A stretch of 64,000 bases of DNA from Candidatus Fimenecus excrementigallinarum (GTDB taxonomy: Bacteria > Bacillota > Clostridia > Oscillospirales > Acutalibacteraceae). The stretch is taken from NCBI GenBank assembly GCA_018714805.1, contig DVMW01000030.1:1590-65589 (forward strand). Reading direction: 5' to 3'. Positions 44,852 through 56,269 of this stretch are shown here, piece by piece (the first letter of the stretch is position 1; the number at the start of each line of letters is the position of its first letter). The translations under genes and the position numbers were made by a program. The notes beneath the pieces are model-generated. The model was not told where the DNA came from, made no database searches, and saw only the letters and a list, made by a program, of their open reading frames with translations.

Positions 44852-44896
44852 ACCTATAATTGACCCGGCGTACACCCAACCAAAGGGGGCAGGCTT

Positions 44897-46168
44897 ATGT
44901 TCGTAGATATTGCGAAGATTAAAATCAAGGCCGGCGACGGCGGCGACGGCGCGGTTGCCTTTCACCGTGAAAAATACGTGGCGGCCGGCGGCCCGGACGG
45001 CGGCGACGGCGGCCGCGGCGGCAACGTCGTATTTGTCGCCGACGACAGCCTTTCCACGCTTGCGGATTTTCGCTATAAGCGCAAGTATACCGCGCAAAAC
45101 GGCCAAAACGGCCGCGGCGCGCGCTGCAACGGCAAAAAAGGGGAGGACCTTGTTATCCGCGTCCCGCGCGGCACCGTGATTCGCGAGGCCGAAAGCGGCG
45201 CGGTCATGGCGGACCTTTCCTCGGACGAGCCGTTTGTTGCGGCCCGCGGCGGCAAGGGGGGCTTTGGCAACCGGCATTTTGCCACGCCCACGCGCCAGAC
45301 CCCGCGCTTTGCCAAAAGCGGCGCGCCGGGCGAGGCGTGGGAGGTCACGCTGGAGCTCAAGCTTATTGCCGACGTCGGGCTTTTGGGCTTTCCGAACGTC
45401 GGAAAATCCTCGCTTTTGTCTGTGGTCAGCGAGGCGAAGCCGGCTGTGGGCGACTACCATTTTACGACGCTGACCCCTGTGCTCGGCGTGGTGCGCATGG
45501 GCGAGGGGCAGAGCTTCGTTATGGCGGACATCCCCGGCCTTATCGAAGGCGCGGCGGACGGCGTGGGGCTCGGGCACGATTTCCTGCGCCACGTCGAGCG
45601 CTGCCGGATGCTTGTGCACCTGGTGGACGTCGCGGGCAGCGAGGGGCGCGACCCCGTGGAGGATTTCGAGAAAATCAACGCAGAGCTTCGCAATTTCAAC
45701 GCGCAGCTTGCCGAACTGCCGCAGATTGTCGCGGGCAATAAAATCGATTTGGCCGAGGACGCGCAGCGCGAACGCTTCCGCGCCTATATCGAAAAGCAGG
45801 GCCTGTCGTATTTCGAGATTGTCGCGCCCATTCGCCATGGCACAAAGGAACTCATCGACGCCGTGGCGGCGAAGCTTGCGTCGCTCCCGCCCGTCCGGCA
45901 GTACGCGCCCGAGCCGGTTCCCCTGCAGGTGCCGCAAAAAGGCGCAAAAAACAATTTCACCGTTACCGTGCGCGACGGCGTGTATATCGTCGAGGCCGAC
46001 TGGCTTTACAAAATCCTGCTGCGCACCGATATGGACGACTATGAATCCCTGCAATATTTCCAGACCGTTCTGCAAACCAGCGGCATTTTGGACGCGCTGG
46101 TTTCACAGGGGATTCAGGAGGGCGACACGGTCAGCATTTACGATTTTGAATTCGACTATGTGCCGTAA
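44897..46168 (+). CDS. obg: GTPase Obg/CgtA
   Basis: ORF track, 423 aa. MFVDIAKIKIKAGDGGDG Obg fold, GFPNVGKSSLL G1, DIPGLIEGA, and a C-terminal TGS-like domain. Confidence 0.95.
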   Translation: MFVDIAKIKIKAGDGGDGAVAFHREKYVAAGGPDGGDGGRGGNVVFVADDSLSTLADFRYKRKYTAQNGQNGRGARCNGKKGEDLVIRVPRGTVIREAESGAVMADLSSDEPFVAARGGKGGFGNRHFATPTRQTPRFAKSGAPGEAWEVTLELKLIADVGLLGFPNVGKSSLLSVVSEAKPAVGDYHFTTLTPVLGVVRMGEGQSFVMADIPGLIEGAADGVGLGHDFLRHVERCRMLVHLVDVAGSEGRDPVEDFEKINAELRNFNAQLAELPQIVAGNKIDLAEDAQRERFRAYIEKQGLSYFEIVAPIRHGTKELIDAVAAKLASLPPVRQYAPEPVPLQVPQKGAKNNFTVTVRDGVYIVEADWLYKILLRTDMDDYESLQYFQTVLQTSGILDALVSQGIQEGDTVSIYDFEFDYVP

Positions 46169-46186
46169 CGGATAAACGGAGGACTT

Positions 46187-46597
46187 ATGGCGCACAATAC
46201 CAATATGTACGGTCCGCTGTCGCTGGCCTTCCTTGGCGACGCGGTTTTCGGCCTTCTCGTGCGCGAGCGCCTGCTGCTGACGGCGGAACGCCCCGTGGGG
46301 CGGCTACATACCCTTTCGACGAAGCTCGTCAACGCCGCCGCGCAGGCCGATGCAGCCAGGCTTTTGCAGCCGCTTTTGACCGAGGCCGAGCGCGACGTGT
46401 ACCGGCGCGGGCGCAACGCCCACCCGGGGCACACGCCCAAGAACCAGTCGGAGGGCGATTACCACAGCGCCACGGGACTGGAGGCCTTGTTCGGCTGGCT
46501 CTACCTGCGCGGGGAGCACGACCGCCTGCGGACGCTGTTTGACGCAGTCTGGCAGGACGGGGAGAGCATTGCAAGACAGGAAAAAACAGACCCATAA
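46187..46597 (+). CDS. mrnC: mini-ribonuclease 3
   Basis: ORF track, 136 aa. LSLAFLGDAVFGLLVRERL RNase III-like signature. Confidence 0.85.
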   Translation: MAHNTNMYGPLSLAFLGDAVFGLLVRERLLLTAERPVGRLHTLSTKLVNAAAQADAARLLQPLLTEAERDVYRRGRNAHPGHTPKNQSEGDYHSATGLEALFGWLYLRGEHDRLRTLFDAVWQDGESIARQEKTDP

Positions 46598-47447
46598 CGC
46601 GCAGCAGACCGTTTTGGACCTGCTCGCCTACGCGGCGGGCGGGGCGCTGTATGCTGCGGCGGTCCGCGTGTTTTTGGCGCCGAACGACATTCTGCTCGGC
46701 GGCTTTACCGGCATTTCCACGGTGCTGCACCACCTGTTCGGCACGCCGATTGGGACGGTGGTGTTCCTGCTGAACATCCCGCTTCTGGTTTTGGCGTGCC
46801 GCAAATTCGGCGCCGCGTTTTTGCTGCGCACGGGGCTTGCCACGCTGCTTTCCTCGGCGTTCATGGACCTGTTCGCGCTGTTCCTGCCCGTCTACACGGG
46901 CGACCGGCTGCTCGGCGCGCTGTTCGGCGGAATTTTGGGCGGTGCGGGGCTCGGGCTTGTGTTCCTGCGCGGGGCGACCACGGGCGGCGCCGACATTCTT
47001 TCCAAGCTTTTGCGCCTGAAGTTCCCGCAAATGTCCATGGGGCGTCTGATTTTGCTGCTGGATTTGGCGGTCGTGCTTTTGTCCTTCGCCGTGTACCGAA
47101 GCTTCGAGGCGGTGCTGTATTCGCTCGTCGCCATTTACGTAAGCGCCCAGGCCGTGGACCTTGCGCAGACGGGGCTGTCGCACGACAAGCTGTTGTTTAT
47201 CGTGACCGAAAAAGGGGAGACGGCCGTGCGCGAAATTGTCGAAACGCTTGACCGCGGCGTGAGCGTGCTCGACGTGCGCGGCGGATACACGGGGGAAAAG
47301 CGGCAAATGCTGTTCTGCGCCGTGCGCGCAAGCGACGCGGCGCGCCTTGCAAAAGCCGTCCGCGCGCTGGACGACAGCGCGTTTATCGTGATATCGGACA
47401 TTTCCGACGTCCTCGGCGAGGGCTTCAAGAGCCGCACGGCGGTGTAA
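46539..47447 (+). CDS. YitT-family membrane protein with a C-terminal DUF2179 domain
   Basis: ORF track, 302 aa. The start is uncertain because it overlaps mrnC. In-frame TTG 46614 is an alternative. Confidence 0.75.
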   Translation: MTQSGRTGRALQDRKKQTHNAQQTVLDLLAYAAGGALYAAAVRVFLAPNDILLGGFTGISTVLHHLFGTPIGTVVFLLNIPLLVLACRKFGAAFLLRTGLATLLSSAFMDLFALFLPVYTGDRLLGALFGGILGGAGLGLVFLRGATTGGADILSKLLRLKFPQMSMGRLILLLDLAVVLLSFAVYRSFEAVLYSLVAIYVSAQAVDLAQTGLSHDKLLFIVTEKGETAVREIVETLDRGVSVLDVRGGYTGEKRQMLFCAVRASDAARLAKAVRALDDSAFIVISDISDVLGEGFKSRTAV

Positions 47448-47473
47448 ACAAGCCGGATGAAAAGGAGGCGCGT

Positions 47474-48223
47474 ATGCGCGTTACCAAAAAGAGCGGCGGC
47501 GGCCCGATTGCCGTCGTGCTCCTGCTGCCGGCAATCGGCGCTGTTCTCGGGCTTGTTCTGGTTGGCCTCGGCATCCGCGAAGCGGCGCGCGACACGACGC
47601 GCGGCTATCTCGAGGTCACGGGCTATTTGACCGATTATGCCTTGCAGGAGGCGGGCGGCTACGACCCGCAGCGCAGCACCGAAACGGCGGATACATACCG
47701 GCTCGTTTACCGCTATAACGTAGACGGCCGGGCGTATACGCTCGTCACCGATTACAGCACGTCCTTTCTCCCGTCGCGCGGGAGCGAGGCGACCATCCTC
47801 TACGACCCCGCCAATCCCGCCGCGTCCGCGCTCGACGGCCCGAACCGGTCGGAAAACCACCTGGCCTTTATCGGTATGTTTTTCCTTTTGGGCTCGCTTG
47901 TCTTTTTCCTCCCGTTTCTGCCGGAGAAAAAGCAGCGAAAACGCGGGGGAAAGCCCTCCAAATGCACGGCGGCCGACCGGGTCGGCGTGTGTATCGGGCT
48001 TCTGTTCCTCGGCGTCAGCTACGGCGCGCTCGCCGTCATTTGCAATTCCTATTCGCCGCTCGGCATCGCGCGGTATTACATTCATTCGTTTCACTTCATG
48101 CTGCTTGTCCCGCTTTTGATGCTTGCGGCGGGGGCGGCGATGCTTGTAAAAAGCCTGCCGCACAGAAAAAAACAGAAACCAAAGCCCACGGATTTCCCGG
48201 CGCACCGGGACGAAACGCCGTGA
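47474..48223 (+). CDS. DUF3592-like membrane protein
   Basis: ORF track, 249 aa. N-terminal TM helix, a beta-rich middle region (YRLVYRYNVDGRAYT) and C-terminal TM helices. Confidence 0.55.
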   Translation: MRVTKKSGGGPIAVVLLLPAIGAVLGLVLVGLGIREAARDTTRGYLEVTGYLTDYALQEAGGYDPQRSTETADTYRLVYRYNVDGRAYTLVTDYSTSFLPSRGSEATILYDPANPAASALDGPNRSENHLAFIGMFFLLGSLVFFLPFLPEKKQRKRGGKPSKCTAADRVGVCIGLLFLGVSYGALAVICNSYSPLGIARYYIHSFHFMLLVPLLMLAAGAAMLVKSLPHRKKQKPKPTDFPAHRDETP

Positions 48224-48244
48224 GCTTCCCATACAGAGGTGCCT

Positions 48245-50042
<1,798 letters not shown>

Positions 50043-50050
<8 letters not shown>

Positions 50051-50531
50051 CCGGGAAGCAATTTTGGAAAGGCTCCGTGCGCTGGGAATTTCCTATGAAC
50101 TGGTCGAGCACGCCCCGGCGTTTACCATGGACGAGTACAACGCGCTGGGGTTTAATCCGAACGACGAAATCTGCAAAAACCTGTTTCTGCGCGATTACAA
50201 AGGCAAGCGGCATATGCTGGTCGTCCTAAAGGGCAGCAAGCACGCCGATTTGCGGCTCATACAAGCCGAGGTCGAGTCGTCCAAGCTGAGCTTCGCCTCC
50301 GACGAGCGGCTCAAGAAATACCTGGACGTGCAAAAGGGCTCCGTCTCGCCCTTCGGCCTGCTGTTCGACACAGAGGCGGCGGTCGAGGTCTATTTTGACG
50401 AGGATTTGCAAAATGCCCCGCGCCTGGGCTTCCACCCGAACGACAACACCGCGACGGTGTTCCTGTCCTTTGCGGATGTGCGGCGGTACATAGAAAGCAC
50501 CGGCCACACCCTCCGCTTTTTGCGCGTATGA
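50043..50531 (+). CDS. YbaK/prolyl-tRNA-synthetase-associated (aminoacyl-tRNA deacylase-like) domain protein
   Basis: ORF track, 162 aa. [18 protein letters not shown] and GSVSPFGL blocks. The start overlaps the lepA stop. Confidence 0.75.
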
Positions 50532-51649
50532 GCGCAAAAGCCCCAATCGGGCTGTATCTGCACGTGCCGTTCTGCCGCTCGAAGTGCCCGTACTGCGATT
50601 TTTATTCGATGCGCGGGACGCCGGACGAAATGGACGCGTATTGTGCGGCAATGCAGTGGAAAATTCCGGAAAGCGCCGCAGCCTTACAGCGTAAAGCCGA
50701 TACACTTTACATCGGCGGCGGCACGCCCTCCGTCCTGGGCGCAGAACGCCTGAAAACCTTGCTGTTACAAGCGAAAACGGAGTTCCTGACCGAGGGCGCC
50801 GAGGTGACCGTCGAGTGCAATCCCTACGGTCTTGCGGACGATTTTTTTCCGGCGCTGGCCGAAAGCGGGGCGAACCGCATCTCCCTCGGGCTGCAATCCG
50901 CCGTGGACGGCGAGCGGCGCGCGCTGGGCAGACTTTCGGACGCGGCGGGCGTGCACCGGGCCGTGACCGCGGCAAAGCGGGCGGGATTTCAAAACGTGTC
51001 GCTCGACGTCATGCTCGGCATTCCCGGCCAGACCGCCGCAACGCTGCGGGAAACGCTGGATTTTTGCCTGTCCCTTTCGGTCGGGCACGTCAGCGCCTAT
51101 ATTTTGAAGCTCGAGCCCGGCACGCCGTTTTACGCCCGGCGCGAAACGCTGCGGCTTCCGGACGACGACCAAACGGCGGACCTCTATTTGCAACTGTGCG
51201 AAACGCTCGAGGCAAACGGGCTTTTGCAATATGAGATTTCCAATTTCGCGCGCCCCGGGTGCGAGAGCCGCCACAACCTCAAGTACTGGCATTGCGAAGA
51301 GTACCTGGGCCTCGGCCCCGCCGCCCATTCGTTTTTGGACGGCCGGCGCTTTTATTTCGCGCGCAGCCTGCCGGGCTTTTTGCAGGACGAGAAGCCCCTG
51401 GAGGACGGCCCCGGTGGCGATTTTGCGGAATACGCCATGCTGGCGCTGCGTCTTACGGAGGGTCTTTCGGAAAGCCGGGTGCAGCTGCGCTTCGGCCACG
51501 GCATCCCGGCCTCCCTCCGCCGCCGCGCAGAACCGCTCGCGCGGTACGGGCTTTTGGAGACGGATTCCCGCGGCGTTCGCCTGACGCGCCGGGGATTTCT
51601 GGTTTCGAACGCCGTGCTCGCCGAATTGCTTGATTGGGAAGAGACATAA
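50528..51649 (+). CDS. hemW: radical SAM heme chaperone HemW (HemN-like)
   Basis: ORF track, 373 aa. LYLHVPFCRSKCPYCDF and GGGTPS motifs. ATGA overlap with the upstream gene. Confidence 0.9.
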   Translation: MSAKAPIGLYLHVPFCRSKCPYCDFYSMRGTPDEMDAYCAAMQWKIPESAAALQRKADTLYIGGGTPSVLGAERLKTLLLQAKTEFLTEGAEVTVECNPYGLADDFFPALAESGANRISLGLQSAVDGERRALGRLSDAAGVHRAVTAAKRAGFQNVSLDVMLGIPGQTAATLRETLDFCLSLSVGHVSAYILKLEPGTPFYARRETLRLPDDDQTADLYLQLCETLEANGLLQYEISNFARPGCESRHNLKYWHCEEYLGLGPAAHSFLDGRRFYFARSLPGFLQDEKPLEDGPGGDFAEYAMLALRLTEGLSESRVQLRFGHGIPASLRRRAEPLARYGLLETDSRGVRLTRRGFLVSNAVLAELLDWEET

Positions 51650-51693
51650 AAGATGACCGCAGAAGACAAACACGGACGAAAGGAGGGGCAGCC

Positions 51694-52986
51694 TTGTCCA
51701 AACCAAAACAGGAAAAACAGTGGGCGGACAAGCCCTGGTTCCGGCTGGACAACGCCGCCCTGATTTTCCCGGGGCAGAATTCGGAGCAATGGTCCAACGT
51801 CATCCGCATTTCCGTGGATTTGACCGTGCCGATTGAGCCGCAGCGGTTAAAGCAGGCGCTTTGCGATATTTTGCCGCGGTTCCCGACCATGGCGGTGCAG
51901 CTGAAAAAAGGCTTTTTCTGGTATTATTTTGAAAAAAACGAAAACGAGCCGGTCGTGCGCCCGGACAGCAACAACCAGGGCGTCCGCATCCAGTACCACG
52001 AAAACAACCGGTTTTTGTTCCGCGTGTTTTATTACCGGAACCGCATCGCGCTGGAGGCGTTCCACGCCCTGACCGACGGGTACGGCTGCGCGGTGTTTTT
52101 AAGCACGCTTGCCGCGCAGTACCTGAGGCTGTGCGGGCACGAAATTTCCTGCGGCGGCATGGTGCTGGACCTTTCTGAAAAGCCGAAGCCGGAGGAGCTG
52201 GAGGACGCCTTCATCCGCAACGCGACCCCCGGCGCGACGCTGCCGCGCGGGACGCATAAGGTGTACCACAAAACCGGCGTTTCCCTGCCCACCCATACGT
52301 TCCATATTATCACCGGCAATATGCCCGTAGACAGGGTCAAACAGCGCGCCGCCGCCCGGGGCGCGACGGTGACCGAATATTTCACCGCCGTGCTTTTGAA
52401 GATTTATCTGGATTTCCAAAAGCAGGAGGCGGGCAGGCAGAGGGAAGTCGTGATTCAGGTGCCGGTCAACGGCCGCAAGGCCTTCGGCGCAAAGACGCTT
52501 CGCAATATGTCCGTCTGCTACACCGTCGGCGCCGACCCGAACCTGGGGACGTATACCTTTGAGGAACTGGTGCGGCAAACGTCGCTGTGGCTGCGGTACG
52601 TCAACAACAAAAAAACGCTGGGCGCGATGTTCAACAGCAACGTGCAGCTGCAAACGTCGCCGCTTTTGCGCCGCATTCCGCTGTTTATCAAGGATTTCGG
52701 TATCCGCCTCTCCTTCCACTTCACGGCGGAAAAAACCAACACCGCCCTGTTTACGAACCTCGGGGTGATTGACTTGCCGGCGGATATGCGCCCCTTTGTG
52801 GAAAGCTATATTTTCATGCCGTCCGTCGGCAAGCTCAACGGCGGGCGCATGGGCGCGGTCTCGTTCGGCAGTACGCTGTCCGTCACCGTGGCGAACCGAT
52901 ACCGCGAAACGGACGTGGAACGCGCGTTTTTCCGCTTCCTGATTCAAGACGGCGTCCCGGTCAAAATCATCAGCAATTTTACCTGA
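51694..52986 (+). CDS. HxxxD-motif acyltransferase (alcohol acetyltransferase / condensation-domain-like)
   Basis: TTG 51694 lies 7 nt after AGGAGGGG, inside ORF 51634-52986 (430 aa). FHALTDGYG (52063-52080) is an HxxxDG catalytic motif. Confidence 0.55.
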   Translation: MSKPKQEKQWADKPWFRLDNAALIFPGQNSEQWSNVIRISVDLTVPIEPQRLKQALCDILPRFPTMAVQLKKGFFWYYFEKNENEPVVRPDSNNQGVRIQYHENNRFLFRVFYYRNRIALEAFHALTDGYGCAVFLSTLAAQYLRLCGHEISCGGMVLDLSEKPKPEELEDAFIRNATPGATLPRGTHKVYHKTGVSLPTHTFHIITGNMPVDRVKQRAAARGATVTEYFTAVLLKIYLDFQKQEAGRQREVVIQVPVNGRKAFGAKTLRNMSVCYTVGADPNLGTYTFEELVRQTSLWLRYVNNKKTLGAMFNSNVQLQTSPLLRRIPLFIKDFGIRLSFHFTAEKTNTALFTNLGVIDLPADMRPFVESYIFMPSVGKLNGGRMGAVSFGSTLSVTVANRYRETDVERAFFRFLIQDGVPVKIISNFT

Positions 52987-53019
52987 CGCCGGAAAAGCCT
53001 ACCCGAAGGAGGTCCCATT

Positions 53020-53730
53020 ATGTCCTATTGCGTCAACTGCGGCGTGGAGCTGGACGATTCGGCATCCGTCTGCGCCCTGTGCCAAACGCCGGTCGTCCAT
53101 CCCAACAAGCCGGAAAAAGCCGCCGAGCCTCCCTATCCGCAAATTGTGGTGATGCCCGAGGAGCGCAAGCGCTACAGCGCGATTGTCGCAAGCCTCGTGA
53201 TGCTGCTGCCGATACTCGTCTGCATCCCGATTAACCATTTCATCACGCCCGGCACATACTGGTCGGTGTATCTTGCGGCAACGCTTATCCTGCTGTGGAT
53301 TTATTTTGTCACGCCCTTCCTCATTCGCCACAAGCTGCCCCATTCGCCGTATATCTCGCTGGTTTTAGACGGCGCAATCACGGCGGCGTATATTTACGTG
53401 ATGTACCATTACAACAGCTCCGGCAGCTGGTTTTACCGGATTGCCCTGCCCATGATTGGCGTCTTTGTGCTGCTCGGCTGCGTTCTGATTCGCTATCTGA
53501 CCAAAAAGAAAAAGCCGTCCACCATGCGCAGGATTGCGTTTGCCCTCGCCATGGTCGCCTTGTACGCGGCGGCGGCGGAATGCATTTTCCTTATCAGTAT
53601 GCCGAGCCTGATTGTGGACTGTGTGGCGCTGAGCGTGTTTTTCACCGCCACGGTGCTGGCGGTTTTCCTGCGCCTCGCCTCCGACAGCAAACGCTTCCGC
53701 GCCTGGCTGTCCCGCAAATTTTTCACATAA
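53020..53730 (+). CDS. zinc-ribbon plus polytopic membrane protein (DUF6320-like)
   Basis: ORF track, 236 aa. N-terminal CVNCG..CALC ribbon, then about five hydrophobic helices. Confidence 0.5.
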   Translation: MSYCVNCGVELDDSASVCALCQTPVVHPNKPEKAAEPPYPQIVVMPEERKRYSAIVASLVMLLPILVCIPINHFITPGTYWSVYLAATLILLWIYFVTPFLIRHKLPHSPYISLVLDGAITAAYIYVMYHYNSSGSWFYRIALPMIGVFVLLGCVLIRYLTKKKKPSTMRRIAFALAMVALYAAAAECIFLISMPSLIVDCVALSVFFTATVLAVFLRLASDSKRFRAWLSRKFFT

Positions 53731-53771
53731 GGCGGCGAAAAGGGGACGTCGGAAAGTCTTTGTACGCATAT

Positions 53772-53811
53772 AAAAAGCAGCGCATCCAAAAAAGGGATGC
53801 GCTGCTTTTTT
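53772..53811. terminator. bidirectional terminator
   Basis: A5 run, AGCAGCGCATCC (53776-87), 7-nt loop, GGATGCGCTGCT (53795-806), T6 run. Confidence 0.8.
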
Positions 53812-54022
53812 ACGGGAACATCTCCCGCGCCGCGCGCCACGCGTCCGACACGAACGCTTTTACGTCCGCCGCGTCCAGGACGTCCGTGCTGCGCCCCGTG
53901 CGCATCCGGTCGGAGTTTTCGCCCGCGCGCACAATGCCGAAGGCAAGCGTAAACGCCAGCGCCAAAAGGCAGAGCGCCAACAGGTACCGGCGCAGCGCCG
54001 TGTTTTTCGGCCGTTTTTGCAT
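53810..54022 (-). CDS. hypothetical small membrane-anchored protein
   Basis: Internal ATG 54022 (AAAAGGAG RBS) of ORF 53810-54160 (70 aa). One TM helix. Lies 15 nt downstream of spoIIP. Confidence 0.4.
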   Translation of the reverse strand: MQKRPKNTALRRYLLALCLLALAFTLAFGIVRAGENSDRMRTGRSTDVLDAADVKAFVSDAWRAAREMFP

Positions 54023-54036
54023 AGTTTTACTCCTTT

Positions 54037-55206
54037 TTATTCCGCCTGCGGCATATAGCGCGCCAAAAGCTCCGCAATGACCGTGCCGATGAGCCGGCCC
54101 GCGTAGACCGCCTCCTCTAAGGTGTTCGAATCGCTTCCCATTTCCAAAAGCACCGAGCACGGCGTTATATCCATGTTGTACTTGCGCGCGGAAAACAGGA
54201 TGGGCCGCATAAGCCCGGGATATTTGGTTTCCGCCGTCTGCTGCAGCTGCAAGGCGAAGGTCAGGTTCTCCTCCCAGGTCGGGAAATTGGTGACCTTGCC
54301 GTCCTCACACCCGGCGATAATCATGATTTGCGCCGCCTTTTTGCCGTCAATCGTCGCGACGGGCTTGACGCGCGTGCCGTCCTGCTGCTGAATGGCGTCG
54401 CGGTGCACGTCCAGAACGACCTGAATCGACGGGTTCGCCTTTAAAATTTCGTCAATGGTTTCGCGCGAGTGGTCATACGCGCCGGTGTATTTCGCGTCGT
54501 GGATTTCCGTGTCGTGGATATAGGCGATGCCCGCCTTTTCCAGCTGCTCGCAGATTGCGTCGCCCACGCGCACCATGTTGCGCGCTTTGTCGTCGGTGCG
54601 GGTGATGTAGTTCGTCGCGTACCAGTTCCGGTCCAAAAGCTCGTAGCATTCGGTCGTGTGCGTGTGGAAAATCAGCACCAGCGGCGCGTCGGGGTCGGTA
54701 ATGTGCAGGCTTGCGGATTTTCCGACGCTTGCGGCGATGTCAATCCCGTGCGAGGGCGTCGTGTTGCGCACCGTGATGTTTTCCCAAATGTCCGTCGCGC
54801 TCGATTCCCCGTACTGCTTTTCCACAATCGCCCCGGCGCGCGTCGTGTTCGGCGCGTCCGCCTCGGCTTCCCGCATCATCCGAAGGATGTCGTCCGGCGT
54901 GTCGGTCAGGCGCTCCGGCTCGGGCTCCGGCTCGGCCACCGCCGGTTCTGCGGCGGGGGCGGGGGAGGCCGCGGCGGTCGTTTCCTCGCGCGTCCACTCC
55001 TCCTGCAGCGTTTGCGCCGCGCCCTGCGGCATGGCGAGCGACGCGCTGAATACGGCGACCCGCGAGACCGGCGCGCCGAAGCGCAGGCCCAAAAACCAGG
55101 CCGCCGCCGTCATGGCGAAAAGCAAAAGCAAAAGCGCGGCGGGGCGCGGTTCCCCCCTGCTTGCGGCTGCATTTGTGCGGCGTCTGTTTGCGTGCGGCTG
55201 CGGCAC
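54037..55206 (-). CDS. spoIIP: stage II sporulation protein P
   Basis: ORF 54037-55302. The likely start is GTG 55206, 6 nt after GGGAGGG. TM helix, then an amidase-like core LIFHTHTTE, VLDVHRD, GSDSNTLEEA. Confidence 0.75.
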   Translation of the reverse strand: MPQPHANRRRTNAAASRGEPRPAALLLLLFAMTAAAWFLGLRFGAPVSRVAVFSASLAMPQGAAQTLQEEWTREETTAAASPAPAAEPAVAEPEPEPERLTDTPDDILRMMREAEADAPNTTRAGAIVEKQYGESSATDIWENITVRNTTPSHGIDIAASVGKSASLHITDPDAPLVLIFHTHTTECYELLDRNWYATNYITRTDDKARNMVRVGDAICEQLEKAGIAYIHDTEIHDAKYTGAYDHSRETIDEILKANPSIQVVLDVHRDAIQQQDGTRVKPVATIDGKKAAQIMIIAGCEDGKVTNFPTWEENLTFALQLQQTAETKYPGLMRPILFSARKYNMDITPCSVLLEMGSDSNTLEEAVYAGRLIGTVIAELLARYMPQAE

Positions 55207-55270
55207 AGGCTGTCCCTCCCGACGAACAGGTTCATGAAAAGCATATGCGCCGCGCCTTGAAAATAGACGT

Positions 55271-56140
55271 CTACACAATGTGCAGCAGCAGCTCCGGGTC
55301 AAGCGCGGGCTGCAGCGCGCAGTTGAGCGCGAGCGACAAAAACCGCGACGCGCGCTGAATCAGCGTGTCCACCTCGCGCGGGGTCACCATCATCGCCTGC
55401 GCCTCGTCTTCCCGGTCCGGCTTCGGGCCTTTGCCGTCCGTCAGGTCAAAAATCAGCGTCGACGCATCCACAACGGTCGGGACGCCTACCGCAATCACCG
55501 GCACGCCGAGCGTCGTGCGGTCAATCCGCGCGCGGCAGTTGCCCACGCCCGACCCGGGATTAATGCCCGTATCGGTGAGCTGTACGGTCCGCCCCAGGCG
55601 CGAAAGGCTGCGGGAGGCGAGCGCGTCCACCGCGACGACCGCCGCCGGCCGGATGGTCCGCACAAGCCCCGCGAGCGCCTCGGCGGATTCCAGCCCCGTC
55701 TGCCCGAGCACGCCGAAGCTGACGGCGGAAACCTCGCGCAGCGCCGGAAAGCCGAGTTTTTGCGCCAGCGCCTGCCCGATGTGCCGCGTCGCAAATATGC
55801 CGTGCGCCGTGCGCGGGCCCAAGGCGTCGGGCGTAATATCCTCGTTGCCAAGGCCCGCCACAAGCACGCCGCCCGTTTTCGGCAGCAGCGCGCGCAGCTC
55901 CTCGGTCATGGCGCAAAGCCGCCCGTCCAAAAGCTCGCTGTCGTGGGAAAATTCCGGGACCTCCAGCGTGATATAGCGCCCCGCGGGCTTGCCGAGCTCC
56001 CGCGCGCCCTCTGTGCCGCAGACCGTAATCTCGGTGACCTGCGCCGCCCCGCGCTGCCGTTTTCGCACCCGCACGTGCCCGCCGGCGCGCTCCTTCAAAA
56101 TGGCGTGCCGCTCCAGCGCAAGGTCCGTTCGAATTGACAT
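55271..56140 (-). CDS. gpr: GPR germination protease (spore endopeptidase)
   Basis: ORF track, 289 aa. MSIRTDLALE N-terminus and VAGLGNEDITPDALGP block. Confidence 0.9.
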   Translation of the reverse strand: MSIRTDLALERHAILKERAGGHVRVRKRQRGAAQVTEITVCGTEGARELGKPAGRYITLEVPEFSHDSELLDGRLCAMTEELRALLPKTGGVLVAGLGNEDITPDALGPRTAHGIFATRHIGQALAQKLGFPALREVSAVSFGVLGQTGLESAEALAGLVRTIRPAAVVAVDALASRSLSRLGRTVQLTDTGINPGSGVGNCRARIDRTTLGVPVIAVGVPTVVDASTLIFDLTDGKGPKPDREDEAQAMMVTPREVDTLIQRASRFLSLALNCALQPALDPELLLHIV

Positions 56141-56209
56141 CCCGCTCCCTCCAGTCGGGATTAGTATGGTCCTTTGGCGGAAAAACTATCGGGGATTTTG
56201 AAAAAAAAC

Positions 56210-56238
56210 TTGCTTTTTTCTGAAAACAATGGTAAGAT
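56210..56238 (+). promoter_or_regulatory. candidate rpsT promoter
   Basis: TTGCTT 56210-15, 17-nt spacer, TAAGAT 56233-38. Confidence 0.4.
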
Positions 56239-56269
56239 ATAGTCCGCTATTGCAAGGGAGGTGTGACCG

